Positions 1 to 13,111 of a stretch of DNA of 64,000 nt are shown piece after piece; the first letter of the stretch is position 1; every line of letters starts with the position of its first letter. The stretch is taken from positions 2,761,162 to 2,825,161 of the forward strand of contig CM082598.2 of the NCBI GenBank assembly GCA_040954595.2, given 5' to 3'. The translations under genes and the position numbers were made by a program. The notes beneath the pieces are model-generated. The model was not told the origin of the DNA, did no database searches, and worked only from the letters and a program-made list of their open reading frames with translations. Origin of the DNA: Balanoglossus misakiensis (Eukaryota; Animalia; Hemichordata).

Positions 1-704
1 CCTATCATAAGCGTCAGCACAACACAGGAGAAATTGTCTTACAGTATTAAAGGGACAGTGTGGCTCTTTGACCTTTCTTGGTAAATTTTGTTTGGTATGA
101 AAAGAAGTTTGATTTGTTTGATTAGTTTTAGCCTGTTTGATTTAAGTCAACTTGGCACAAATTGGAATAAACGTTCAGTGAAAAATTTTAAGTCCTACCA
201 AAATTTTAAAGTTCAGCATATTGGCTTTGGAAATTCAAGTAAGAATGGAAATGAAGATTTCATACAGAAGTAGTAGCAAACGAAGATTTTCTCTATGCAC
301 ACGGCAAAATGGGATAATGAATTTACTTGTCATAATTTTGTAAGATAAACGTTATGCAATGAATTCTCAAATAAGGTCAAAAGAGCAACTGTTTCATTTA
401 ATTTGGGCAAAACTGCAGAGTATTGTGCTAACAATGATCGGAAGACCAACATTACAAATACATGTACCATAATGCTCCTGGTTAGAGCCCCTGTGAAGGC
501 CAAGGCAACACCTAATTTGTGAATTTTACTACAAATGTAGCAGAAGTAAGAAATATTGAGATAAATCTTCAAAGTCTTTTGGAGTATTATAATTTTTGTC
601 ATTATAAATAAAGTTAAGTGTATAATTTCGATCATTGGAATTTTAAAGAGAGTATAAATGAAGTCGGGACTTTTCAAGAATCTGTGGAATACTTTTTCTT
701 GTCA

Positions 705-860
705 TCTGATTTCGAAATTTCCTGCGATTTTATTTTCAATTTTTCTTGTAAACATGTCCGAAATAAATTTGATTGAAAACAAATTTTGAAATATTCTGTG
801 ATTTTCTTTTCAATATTTCTTGTAAACACGTCCGAAATAAATTTTAGTGTAAATTTTGGC
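705..860. repeat. About 2 copies of an AT-rich 74-bp satellite unit
   Basis: The core tcttgtaaaca(t/c)gtccgaaataaatt recurs at ~750 and ~824. It is the same unit as the 1190-1745 array. Confidence 0.85.
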
Positions 861-1189
861 GTTTCGAGCATAAGTAGGGAGTTTTATCTACAATTTGTTT
901 TGCGGTTAAGTGTTTTCTTGTCATCTGATATATTGGGCGAATGTATAAATTTAAATTTAGTCACTTTCATTTTTCAATAAATATCATGATCTTTACTTTT
1001 GCCTAAGTGTTTCAGCAAATCTGCCACAAGACCATTTTTAAATGTACTGAGGGCAAGCCACCCCAACCTTTGGAAATTCATCATATGAGGCCCCCCGAGC
1101 TTGAACCAGGAGAAATACAGCACTGTTGAATACTTCATTTTGACTGGAACTTATTGCTGGTCGGAAACATGTCGTTGATTGTTGGAAAT

Positions 1190-1745
1190 AAATCTTTTGA
1201 GAAAACCAAGTTTAAAATTTCCTGTGGTTTTGTTTTCACTTTTTTCTTGTAAGCACGTCAGAAATAAATTTTTGTTTATAACAAATTTTGAATTTTCCTG
1301 TAATTTTATTTACATTTTTCCATGTAAACATGTCCGAAATAAATTTTTGGTTAAAACAAATTTTGAATTTTGTTGCGATTTTTTTTCCACATTTTCTTGT
1401 AAACCTGTCCGAAATAAATTTTAGTGTAAACAAATTTTGAATTTTCCTATGATTTTATTTTCACTTTTTCTTGTAAACATGTCCAAAATAAATTTTAGTG
1501 TAAACAAATTTTGAATTTTCCTATGATTTTATTTTCACTTTTTCTTGTAAACATGTCCGAAATAAATCTTTTGTGAAATCAAATATGAATTTTCCTGTGA
1601 TTTCATTTTCACTTTTTCTTGTAAACATATCCGAAATAAATTTTAGTGTAAACAAATTTAGAATTTTCCTATGATTTTTTTCACGGTTTTGTTGTAAACA
1701 TGTCCAAAATAAATTTGAGTGAAAACAAATTCTGAATTTTCCTAA
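1190..1745. repeat. Tandem array of a ~74-bp AT-rich unit (~7.5 copies)
   Basis: aaacatgtcc(g/a)aaataaat variants recur at ~1250, 1326, 1401, 1475, 1549, 1623 and 1696. Confidence 0.9.
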
Positions 1746-3249
1746 TGAAAACATATTTTGGATATTCCTGTGGTTTAATTTCACTGAGAATTTAGCATGA
1801 GATTCTTTTACAGTGGTTACGCGAGTCCAGTCTGTGAAAATGGAGTATTCCATAGTATTAGTATAGTTTGACATAATAATGATAATGTTAATACTAGAAC
1901 ATTACTTAAGATAGTATGCGCTTCAGGGTCAAATCCTGCGAAGAAAACGATAGTCCTCCAAACAAATTGGCAGCCATTTTGAGCTCGAAATTTTAGACAA
2001 TTTATCCATCGTTCAGACTTTTTCGATACAGTAATCTAAAGTTACTTTGAGCAAAATCAAAATGAAAAACAATTTAGAATCTTAAAAAAAACTTTTCAAT
2101 TCTCCGCTTCATTAATTGATTAGGAATCTTTTTGGAAACAAACAAACAAAAACGGTGTTCATCTTATTTTCCTGGAAAATTTCTATGTTTAAAATTTTCA
2201 ATGTAGTTCGTAATTTTTTTTTCAAAAATGTTGCATTGAGTAAAATACAAGAACAATTTTTAAACAATCAAGTCTTCCAAACTTTTCAATTCTGCGTTAC
2301 ATGAATTGTTTAGGAATCTTTTTGGAATTTTTTTTTGAACTAAACAAAAATGGTGTTCATCTCATTTTCTAAAAAAACGTTAAATAGAGTCAAATTTTAG
2401 AAAAGGTTTGATATTCTTCCAAGCTTTACATACAATTTGTTCGAGTCTTTTAGAAGAAGAAAAAGAAACAAATAATACAGGGTCTTCAGATAATGTAGTT
2501 CTTTTTCCTCAATTTTCATGTCCAATTTTACAAGGTCTAATCTAACAATACTTTAAGCACAAGCAAGAAAAAAATTAAGACTGATTTTTGTGGCGCATAC
2601 TACCTTAAAATGTTCACAACAGAAATTATTAAATTATCTTACATAATTAACAACAAATCATCTCACCTTACACATCTATTGAGTCTTGCATCTACAGCAT
2701 GTGCATATGGATCTAATGCACATGCTGTATTGGCGTCAGAGGAAATTTTTTATAAATATTTTATTAATTGGTTAAGAGTCATTTTTAGTCAATGTTCAGT
2801 GTTATTGAGTCCGCGGGCATTGTGCCACATAATTTCTGATGAGAATATATTTGAAAAGCATTTGCTTTTTGTTGGTCACAAATAGTAATAATCAATATAG
2901 TATTTCATGTTGTTTGGAGTCTCAATAATCAATATCAATCATCTCAATAAAAAAAATCAATCAAAAACATTTACATGGCGCCAATATCCAGAGAACTGTT
3001 CAGTGGCGCCCGATGGTTGTTCACACACTGTAGGCTGTTTTAAACAAGTGAGTCTTCAAGGTTCCCCTTCAGGAGTGACCAGTTCAAACTTCTTCGACCA
3101 TCTTCGACCATTTCCTGGTATTTCTTCTTTCAACAATCAGGTACCCGGAATATTTTGAATTCATCTCTGATGAAGGTGGACCACGTTCGACTAGTACATG
3201 AAAAAAAAAAACATTGGAGTAAATGAAGTGTTGTTTTTAGAACAAAATA

Positions 3250-4535
3250 TTTTATAAATTGGCTAGAAATCCGTTGCTACGGAAATTATTTAATTAAGTC
3301 TCACGAGATCTCATAATTGTCCGAAAATTATCTATTAAAAATAACCCCGAATTTTATAAATTGGCTTGAAATCCGTTGCTACGGTAATTAATTAAGTCTC
3401 ACGAGATCTCACAATTGTTGAAAAATTATCTATTCGAAAAAAAACCCGACTTTTATAAATTGTCTGGAAATCCGTTGCTACGGTAATTAATTAAGTCTCA
3501 CGAGATCTCACATTGGGTGGAAAATTATCTATTCGATAAAAGACCGACTATTATAAATTGGCTAGAAATACGTTGCTACGGTAATTAATTAAGTCTTACG
3601 AGATCTCACAATGGGTGGAAAATTATCAATTCGAAAAAAGACCGAATTTTATAAATTAGCTAGAAATTCGTTTCTACGTAATTAAGTCTCACAAAATCTC
3701 ACAATGGGTGGAAAATTATCAATTCGAAAAAAGAAGACGAATTTTATAAATTGGCTTGAAATCCGTTGCTACGGTAATTAATTAAGTCTCACGAGATCTC
3801 ACAATAAGTGGAAAATTATCTATTCGAAAAAAGACCGACTTTTATAAATTGGGTAGAAATCCGTTGCTACGGTAATTAATTAAGTCTCACGAGATCTCAC
3901 AATAAGTGGAAAATTATCTATTCGAAAAAGACCGACTTTTATAAATTGGGTAGAAATCCGTTGCTACGGTAATTAATTAAGTCTCACGAGATCTCACAAT
4001 AAGTGGAAAATTATCTATTCGAAAAAGACCGACTTTTATAAATTGGGTAGAAATCCGTTGCTACGGTAATTAATTAAGTCTCACGAGATCTCACAATAAG
4101 TGGAAAATTATCTATTCGAAAAAGACCGACTTTTATAAATTGGGTAGAAATCCGTTGCTACGGTAATTAATTAAGTCTCACGAGATCTCACAATAAGTGG
4201 AAAATTATCTATTCGAAAAAAGACCGACTTTTATAAATTGGGTAGAAATCCGTTGCTACGGTAATTAATTAAGTCTCACGAGATCTCACAATAGGTGGAA
4301 AATTATCTATTCGAAAAAAGACCGACTTTTATAAATTGGCTAGAAATCCGTTGCTACGGTAATTAATTAAGTCTCACGAAATCTCACAATTGGTGGAAAA
4401 TTATCTATTCGAAAAAAGACCGACTTTTATAAATTGGGTAGAAATCCGTTGCTACGGTAATTAATTAAGTCTCACGAGATCTCACAATGAGTGGAAAATT
4501 ATTCAAAAAAGACAGACTTTTATAAATTGGCTAGT
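3250..4535. repeat. Tandem array of a ~97-bp unit (~13 copies)
   Basis: Unit ttttataaattgggtagaaatccgttgctacggtaattaattaagtctcacgagatctcacaataagtggaaaattatctattcgaaaaagaccgac. Central copies are near-identical and outer copies are more diverged. Confidence 0.95.
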
Positions 4536-5443
4536 AATTTATTGCACAAAAGGCACGTGCAAAGATTGAAAAAAAAATCCTATTTAGGTACAAAACTTTA
4601 ATTGTATTACATGGTAAGTAATCTATTGAAACCTCTCTTTTCAAATTTCGAGCAGTTGATAATTCTCTCAAATGCTAAATTAAGCTCGTTGATTTCGGAT
4701 TTATAATTATTTTGAATGGTTCAATTGGAATAGCACTGGAATATTAGCTGCTGCCTAACGCGTTGGGGAATAATTAAAGCAACAATTCAAATTAAATATA
4801 TCTATACAATTCGAAAAGGCGTGTTTTTTTCGCGCCTTTGGCCAGTGACGTCACATATCTGCAAATTTTCACAGCTACGAGTCAGCTCCGTAGAATCCGC
4901 ACGGAATTTTCCAAGATTTCAGAATTTTACAAACGTTAACTTTTTCAGAGCCGCTAGCATGTTGAAATCATACAGGCAGTTTTCAAAAAGCAGACAATTG
5001 ATTTTGTTAAACTATATACGGTGATCTCAAACGGTGGTGATTTGTTTTTAGACAAAAAAGCACGTGCACGGTTATCTGTATTCTCCTCGATGACTTGCAT
5101 AAGTCTATTAAAAATCGGCAAAGTTGAAAATTAAGCGAGTTCAGAGGTTTTGAAAATACCCGGAGCCAAAAATCTTTACAAAACAATGGAATGAGAAGAT
5201 TTTGCACGTGAAAAAGTGCGTGCTTGCAGCAATAGCAACCAAAGAGCGCTCTGAATCATTCGGACGGGTATTGCTAACAACTTTTTGAGCCATTTTACTA
5301 TACAATATTCCCGCCAATGGATCTAACGTTTAACGCAAAGAAATACATTATATTATAAATGTAGGTTGTCAAGGCTTACCTTCTCTATATTCAGGTCTTC
5401 TCATCAGAAACTTGGGTCTTGTTCCAAAACGGGAATCTTCGGC

Positions 5444-8400
5444 TTGCAACGTACATCTCTCTTGATGAAGAACTTGATATTCCATATTCACGAATATGAC
5501 TGGGAATCCTTAACTTTGGCCGCAGATTGTTCTCTTCCTGTTAATTTTCCAACTGGACAATGGAGGACGAAGACCGCGTATGATTTCCTTGCATTATTGT
5601 GTATTCCTGTAGTTGAAAAATGGAAAGGATCGGTTAGATATTTCCATAGAAGTCAAAACCACACAGGACCAAACCTTATTTTGCCTCAAATGCGGTAACT
5701 GTCACTTACCAAATTCGAACATTAATGCAGTCCACGTGACAGAAATCCGCGCCAAAATCGTCTTTTTTGTCAATTCAACCACTTGCTAGTGTTTTTCAGT
5801 GTGCGGCATGCTCATAAGGTGGAAAAGTTTGAATTTGCCGCGATGGTGCTCAGAACGGAAAGATAAAAGTTCGCGCCATGGAATTCTGAGCAGCATCGAA
5901 CATCACCCAAACACGCGAACCACGCCGTAATCTGTCGATCGTATCTACTACATGCGACGCGTTTAAAATCAAGCAAAGCAAAATCGACGCGGAAATAAGG
6001 GCTAGCTTGATGTAGCAAAGACTGGCAATAGTATAAACTGTTGAAGTACATACCTGTTGTCGATGTGATGTGCTGTGCGGAGACTTTGGAGCGGCTAAAC
6101 TTCAACTGTTGCGATGTTGTCCCGTACGCGCTGTCACTCACAATGATGAAGACTTTATTATTGTGTATTCCTGTAAGAAATTGAAAAATGAAAAGGATCG
6201 GTTAGATATTTCCATAGAAGTCAAAACCACACAGGACCAAACCTTATTTTGCCTCAAATGCGGTAACTGTCACTTACCAAATTCGAACATTAATGCAGTC
6301 CACATGACAGAAATCCGCGCCAAATCGTCTTTTTGCAAATTCAACTACTTTCTAGTTTTTCAGTATGTGGCATGTTCATAAGGTGCATGGAAAAGTTTGA
6401 ATTGGCCGCGATGGTGCTCAGAACGGAAAGCTATAAAAAGTTCCCGCCATCGAACCACACCAAAACACGCGAACCACGCCCTAATCTGTCGATCGTACCT
6501 ACTACATGCGACGCGTTTAAAATCAAGCCAAGCAAAATCGACGTTGAAATAAGGGCTAGCTTCATGTAGCAAGGTCTGGCAATATTATAAACTGTTGAAG
6601 AACATACCTGTTGTCGATGTGATGTGCTTTTGGGGTGGCTAAACTTCAACTGCTGCGATGTTGTCACGTAGACGCTGTCACTCACAATGATGAAGACTTG
6701 ATCTGTACGGTACTGGACTTTCTATATGCGTATTTAAATTATGACATCATAGATTGACAGACACGTGAATAAACAAGCATCAGCCAATAGATTCAAACAT
6801 TGCGCCAACCGTCACTGCACCGTTGACAGTTGTGTATGCGTGTATTCAGGAACAATGCATTCCGTGGGTATGCTGTCTTATGTAACAGAGAAACCAGGTG
6901 TCATTGACAATGGACAGCCTTCATAGGGAGAATTCTTCACTAAGGTGGAGTGGCGGTTGGCCCCATGTTTGAATCTATTGGCTGTGTTTTGAAATCACGT
7001 GTCTACAATCTATGATATCATAATTGGAATATGCAAAATCAAGTCACTGTACACATTGTGATCGACAGGAGACGTTCTTCATCATTGTGAGTGACAGCGT
7101 CTACATGACAACACCGCAGCAGTTGAAGTTTAGCCGCTCCTAAAGCCTACGCACATCACATCACATCGACAACAGGTATGTACTTCAACAGTTTATGCTA
7201 TTGCCAGTCCATGCTACATGAAGCTAGCCCTTATTTCCGCGTCGATTTTGTTTTGCTTGATTGTAAGCGCGTCGCATGTAGTAGATACGATCGACAGACT
7301 AGGGTGTGGTTCTCGGGTTTGGGTGTGGTTCGATGGCGGGAACTTTTTATAGCTTTCCGTTCTGAGCATCATCGCGGCCAATTCAAACTTTTCCATGCAC
7401 CTTATGAACATGCCACACACTGAAAAACTAATAAGTAGTTGAATTGACAAAAAGACGATTTTGGCGCGGATTTCTGCAATTTTGACTGTATTGATGTTCG
7501 AATTTGGTAAGTGACAGTTACCGCATTTGAGGCAAAATAAGGTCTTTGTCCTGTGTGGTTTTGACTTCTATGGAAACATCTAAACTGATCCTTTTCATTT
7601 TTCAATTTCTTACAGGAATACACAATAATCAAGTCTTCATCATTGTGAGTGACAGCGCGTACGGGACAACACCGCAGCAGTTGAAGTTTAGCCGCTCCTA
7701 AAGCCTACGCACATCACATCACATCGACAACAGGTATGTACTTCAACAGTTTATGCTATTGCCAGTCCATGCTACATGAAGCTAGCCCTTATTTCCGCGT
7801 CGATTTTGTTTTGCTTGATTGTAAGCGCGTCGCATGTAGTAGATACGATCGACAGACTAGGGTGTGGTTCTCGGGTTTGGGTGTGGTTCGATGGCGGGAA
7901 CTTTTTATAGCTTTCCGTTCTGAGCATCATCGCGGCCAATTCAAACTTTTCCATGCACCTTATGAACATGCCACACACTGAAAAACTAATAAGTAGTTGA
8001 ATTGACAAAAAGACGATTTTGGCGCGGATTTCTGCAATTTTGACTGTATTGATGTTCGAATTTGGTAAGTGACAGTTACCGCATTTGAGGCAAAATAAGG
8101 TCTTTGTCCTGTGTGGTTTTGACTTCTATGGAAACATCTAAACTGATCCTTTTCATTTTTCAATTTCTTACAGGAATACACAATAATCAAGTCTTCATCA
8201 TTGTGAGTGACAGCGCGTACGGGACAACATCGCAACAGTTGAAGTTTAGCCGCTCCAAAGTCTCCGCACAGCACATCACATCGACAAACGGTATGTACTT
8301 CAACAGTTTATACTATTGCCAGTCCTTGCTACATGAAGCTAGCCCTTATTTCCGCGTCGATTTTGTTTTGCTTGATTGTAAGCGCGTCGCATGTAGTAGA

Positions 8401-9453
8401 TACGATCGACAGACTAGGGTGTGGTTCGCGGGTTTGGGTGTGGTTCGATGGCGGGAACTTTTTATAGCTTTCCGTTCTGAGCATCATCGCGGCCAATTCA
8501 AACTTTTCCATGCACCTTATGAACATGCCGCACACTGAAAAACTAATAAGTAGTTGAATTGACAAAAAGACGATTTTGGCGCGGATTTCTGCAATTTTGA
8601 CTGTATTGATGTTCGAATTTGGTAAGTGACAGTTACCGCATTTGAGGCAAAATAAGGTCTTTGTCCTGTGTGGTTTTGACTTCTATGGAAACATCTAAAC
8701 TGATCCTTTTCATTTTTCAATTTCTTACAGGAATACACAATAATCAAGTCTTCATCATTGTGAGTGACAGCGCGTACGGGACAACATCGCAACAGTTGAA
8801 GTTTAGCCGCTCCAAAGTCTCCGCACAGCACATCACATCGACAAACGGTATGTACTTCAACAGTTTATACTATTGCCAGTCCTTGCTACATCAAGCTAGC
8901 CCTTATCTCCGCGTCGATTTTGCTTTGCTTGATTTTAAACGCGTCGCATGTAGTAGATACGATCGACAGATTAGGGTGTGGTTCGCGTGTTCGGATGTGG
9001 TTCTATGGCGCGAACTTTTTATAGCTTTCCGTTCTGAGCACCATCGCGGCCAATTCAAACTTTTCAATGCACCTTATGAACATGCCGCACACTGAAAAAC
9101 TAATAAGTAGTTGAATTGACAAAAAGACGATTTTGGCGCGGATTTCTGCAATTTTGACTGTATTGATGTTCGAATTTGGTAAGTGACAGTTACCGCATTT
9201 GAGGCAAAATAAGGTATTTGTCCTGTGTGGTTTTGACTTCTATGGAAATATCTAACCGATCCTTTCCATTTTTCAATTACAGGAATACACAATGCAAGGA
9301 AATCATACATACGCGGTCTTCGTCCTCCATTGTCCAGTTGGAAAATTAACAGGAAGAGAACAATCTGCGGCCAAAGTTACGGATTCCCAGTCATATTCGT
9401 GAATATGGAAAACCAAGCTGTAAATTCTTCATCAAGAGGGATGTACATTGCAA
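5444..9453. mobile_element. Foldback-like element: long asymmetric inverted arms built from ~558-bp tandem modules
   Basis: The left arm (5444-6701) is the reverse complement of the right arm (7078-9453). Unique outer ~150-bp segments match (ttgcaacgtacatctctcttgatgaagaa vs ttcttcatcaagagggatgtacattgcaa). There are 2 modules on the left and 4 on the right (period 557-558 at 7081, 7639, 8197, 8754). No target-site duplication was seen. Confidence 0.7.
6704..7053. mobile_element. MITE-like element with ~120-bp imperfect terminal inverted repeats (Tc1/mariner-like TA-C(A/G)GT ends) at the centre of the foldback
   Basis: 6704-6822 pairs with 6944-7053, e.g. cagccaatagattcaaacat / atgtttgaatctattggctg and aattatgacatcatagattg / caatctatgatatcataatt. 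Confidence 0.6.
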
Positions 9454-9674
9454 TGCCCTAGAAAGAAATGCCGTCAAATTGTGTGTTTTACTTCAGAGTT
9501 ATTTTATCCCGAGGAGTTGATAATGCTGTATTTCCTGAGTGATATTAAATTCTTGTAATAAAAACAGAAAAGGTTACATATGTACACACACACACACACC
9601 CACACACACACTTACACGCGTCTCTCTGATTTTTAGACAATTTGAAAATATATGTCAGTATAAGGAAATATTAA

Positions 9675-9908
9675 AGTGAAGCGGTCGTCGCGCCGCGTTT
9701 GTTTGTTTATAAACATTACAATTCATCCACAAATCCCTGAAATTAGATAATACTTAGAATGAACGAAGCAGCCAACCTAGCGTAGACTGGGCATGACAGC
9801 AACTGAAGTTCCTAGTAGGTCGTGGCGACTGCAGTGAGGTTTGTGCTGGTATGGGAGGACGTATTCTCATCAAGGGAGACACCTATGCGGCGGGACGACC
9901 CCCTCCCT
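9675..9908. mobile_element. Non-autonomous DNA transposon (MITE) with TTAA target-site duplication, Kolobok-like
   Basis: TTAA lies at 9671-9674 and 9909-9912. Imperfect TIRs are agtgaagcggtcgtcgcgccgc / gcggcgggacgaccccctccct. A second copy lies at 14770-14986. Confidence 0.75.
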
Positions 9909-10489
9909 TTAATTTTGTGTGAAAGAACTACAGATGAACATATCATGGTATAATGATCAAGACTATAAATTTTAATACAGTATATACTATCTAAGCCACT
10001 ATATCAGAAGCAATAAATAAAACATTTGAAACGCAGTTAACACCACTATGAGGCCATTGTCAACGTTTTGTCACATTCAGTTATCATTTTTAGGATAAAG
10101 TTGCCGCTTTTGACAATGGTTGGTTATTTTAGTTCCTTCTGATATCTTCTGTTCTGTTCATTGAAGAAAGCTTAATGTGGATGTATAACACAAGTAATTT
10201 TTGGTCGATACCAAAAACTTTCATCGGAGTATTCAAGTGTTTAATACGCCCATGTACAAAGCATGAGTCGAGTTGTGATACAGAATAAAATAAACATGAA
10301 ACCAAACAACACAAAACTCTTTGTCTCTTTATAAAGTCTTGTTTTGTTTTCGCTTATTACCTGGGCAGTACTTCTAAAAATTTGCATATTTTTACCCTAA
10401 TAATGGTGGTAATATCCAAAATATGGTCCAATCCTGTCAATGGATTGCTCATCCTACATATACACTATTTGTTATACGAAGACATAATT

Positions 10490-11003
10490 CTAAAGGATTG
10501 TATATCGTCTCTTTTTTGTTTCTGTCTTGGAAGGGTTTTGTTCTAATTGAAATTTTCTGAAAAGAAAGAAAAAGACACGTAAAAGAATTGAATGACTTGA
10601 AAAAGTATATCACAGGGACACTGCCAATGTCGGTAACCTTTTTGGGGTCGAAGTCAGGGTCACATATTCTAGCTAAATTTGCAATCGCCTGTACTGCATG
10701 TATGTACACTGTAATGACCACTTGGCAGCTGATCTTTTGTTACCAAAAAATGTTCCATCCAGATGGGTATTTACATGCTAACTTGCATGCTGACTTGACC
10801 TTTTCTGGCCAAATCTATTGGTATCACACAACCACACACACATGCACAAACACACACAATTTTCCAGCAACCGAGACCACTTACCTAACTATTCTAACCA
10901 GTTGATGAAAACACGTGTCCACATTCATCCTATTTTTAGCACTGGCTTCTACATATTCTAGTTTTAATCGTCTGGCTAACTCCTGGCCTTCATCCTTCGA
11001 TAC
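10490..11003 (-). pseudogene. 3' fragment of an R-Ras2/TC21-like small GTPase gene (last two exons; CAAX Cys replaced by Tyr)
   Basis: Exon 11003-10885 (AG..GT, 119 nt) encodes [40 protein letters not shown], with the Ras G5 motif EASAK. It splices in phase to exon 10556-10490, (R)KFQLEQNPSKTETKKRRYTIL*. No G1-G4 exons were found by eye upstream. The Ras identity is secure; pseudogene status is inferred. Confidence 0.65.
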
Positions 11004-11606
11004 CTGGTGAAGACGGACAAAAAAAACAGTGAGAGAAACGTTTAACAGAAAAGAATAGTACAGATCAGGACAAATTGGGCCAGCACTGGGCAGTGTGATC
11101 TCTAAGCCCATATCATGCGCCACTGCTGGCTCAACAAACTCACTGGTGACTTCAGAAAGTTGTATCCTCGGAATGGGTGGTCCGATTTCCATCAAATAAA
11201 GTTTAAAAAAAATCTCCACAAGATACAACATATCTAATGAACGGTTTATGATAAACATATTTTCGTTTGTGTGTTTTAACGACGAGTTATGGAATGGACC
11301 ATTCATATATTGGATAGTAGGCTTTGAAGTTGCATTTTATACAATAGATTCCCAAATAATGGTCCATCCTTTTAAGGTGTGTTGTAAAAGTGAAGGGGCC
11401 AGTGGATGAAATGGCCGCCATACCGAGGATTTTCTCTTTGGTCGAGACAGCAGTTGAGAATAAATGAACTATTCACGGGCTGTGGTTACAAGATGGCGGT
11501 GTTGGGGTGAAAGAGTATATGTGTCCCAATGTGAAGATAGATGACTTCGAAAAAACACAATTACGTAGTGCTACCCCTGTCCAACATTGACATGCCTGAA
11601 TCTTAA

Positions 11607-11976
11607 GGCCACGCAAACATAACCTAGTTTTGTATGTAATGATTTATCGCAAATATGTAGCAACAGACGTCCATTTTCCGAACTCCGTGAGACCCGATCG
11701 ATGATCTCTCACGAGGCTATGCAGTTAATTATATGGATGAGGGATATTCTTATGTGACAAAGGACAAATATAAAGTAAAAAAAACGACACAAATTTTACA
11801 ATTTTTGGTGATTTTAGGTGTTGTTGGTTTGGTCAATATGGCAGATTATTCTTGCCTGAAATCTATGGCTTTATTGTCGTACAAATATATATGGCTATAT
11901 TTCATAAAAATTGGCCTCGTGTTTCATGTAAATGTGGTCCACTATTTGAATGTGTCGAAAACAAAATTCGTCGGCC
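11607..11976. mobile_element. Putative MITE with TTAA flanks and GGCC termini
   Basis: ttaaggcc at 11603 and ggccttaa ending at 11980. Only a short TIR is visible. Confidence 0.4.
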
Positions 11977-12003
11977 TTAATATGAAAATGTGAAGGCTAT
12001 TGT

Positions 12004-12006
<3 letters not shown>

Positions 12007-12084
<78 letters not shown>

Positions 12085-12085
12085 A

Positions 12086-12117
<32 letters not shown>
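12007..12117. repeat. (GA)n microsatellite followed by a G-run
   Basis: Directly visible. Confidence 0.97.
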
Positions 12118-12118
<1 letters not shown>

Positions 12119-12179
12119 AGACCTCGCCATCCCGTAATATACCGCATTCTACGGCTTTTGTCCTTCACTCAGTAAACAC

Positions 12180-12620
12180 TGTGACGTCGCTTTCACGGGC
12201 TACGGAATCGGAATAACAAACGTTGCGAAGGAAAAACAGTAAACACGTAAACAAACGCCGCGTTGCCAGGCTGGGGAAGGGTTAGGTAAACTCTCGCCAT
12301 TCACGAGACTTGCGAACAGGATTTCGCGTGAGGAATAAAAAACAATGCCCTAGGGGGTTGAATTCAATGGCGTCAAGTCGAGGTTGCCCAAATCAAGACG
12401 AGGTTGGTGACTCGTTTTCATACATTTTTCCTCCGACTTCAAAAGTTGCCGGGACGTACGCACTTGTGTCCCTTTCTCTGACACTGCCCACTTCGATGGG
12501 CAGTTCTGAGCGATCGCTTAGATCACACCGCGAGTTTATTTCATGGGGAATGCTGCGATCGGCTATTTTTGTCAACAAGGAACAAAATGGCGCAGATATT
12601 GTCTGGCTGTTTGGATCATA
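12180..12620 (+). promoter_or_regulatory. Candidate CpG-rich promoter of the CARF gene
   Basis: Locally CpG-rich, with CRE-like TGACGTC at ~12182 and YY1-like AAAATGGCG at ~12584. It lies ~0.5-0.9 kb upstream of the acceptor preceding the CARF ATG. Confidence 0.35.
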
Positions 12621-13111
12621 CACAGCGCACGTACACATAGCTGTAATCGACATGTATACAGTCTCTGCGACGTTTCGTCAACATGTCCGGTTATGGTTGT
12701 TAATTACTAGATGAAAATCCACGTTGTCGTGCCTGATGATTGAATTTGCAGGGCCACACTTTCATGTTGATCATCTCCCCCCCCCCCCGTCACGTACATC
12801 ACAATATGAATACATGAAATAAACTGAAATTATAAGGAAATTATGAAATGGATATATGAATAAGAAATGAATTAAATAAAGGATGATGCAGTATTTTCCC
12901 CTGAGTAATTAAAGCATAGTGGCCACAACTCATTATTTTTGAGAAAACAATATAACTTATTAACATAACAATGGTTAATATTGTTATGCAAATTAACAAC
13001 TACTCTATCAGAGATCCTGTGAGGAGCACATATACTAAAAGAAGGAAATAACATATCATTTGTATGTTCTGCCATTTGTAGTTCCGTTTTCTGTTGGTAT
13101 AGTCAGTTACC

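Noticed and set aside
330-3200. Possible decayed coding remnants around the 74-bp satellite (330-677, 2610-3200)
   Set aside because: The frames are broken by stops and I could not recognise any family. A translated search would be needed.
3250-4535. Regularly spaced repeats suggesting a CRISPR array
   Set aside because: The whole unit repeats with no unique spacers, there are no cas genes, and the context is eukaryotic.
5812-9310. Recurring 70-144 aa ORFs (e.g. MYFNSLCYCQ..., MSIQLLISFS...)
   Set aside because: They recur only because they fall in the 558-bp repeat module. They appear on both strands with shifting frames and have no recognisable domain.
11942-12175. ORFs with poly-ER/SL tracts, and similar VCMY, poly-D/M, poly-I and CTVLY ORFs elsewhere
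   Set aside because: These are translations of microsatellites.
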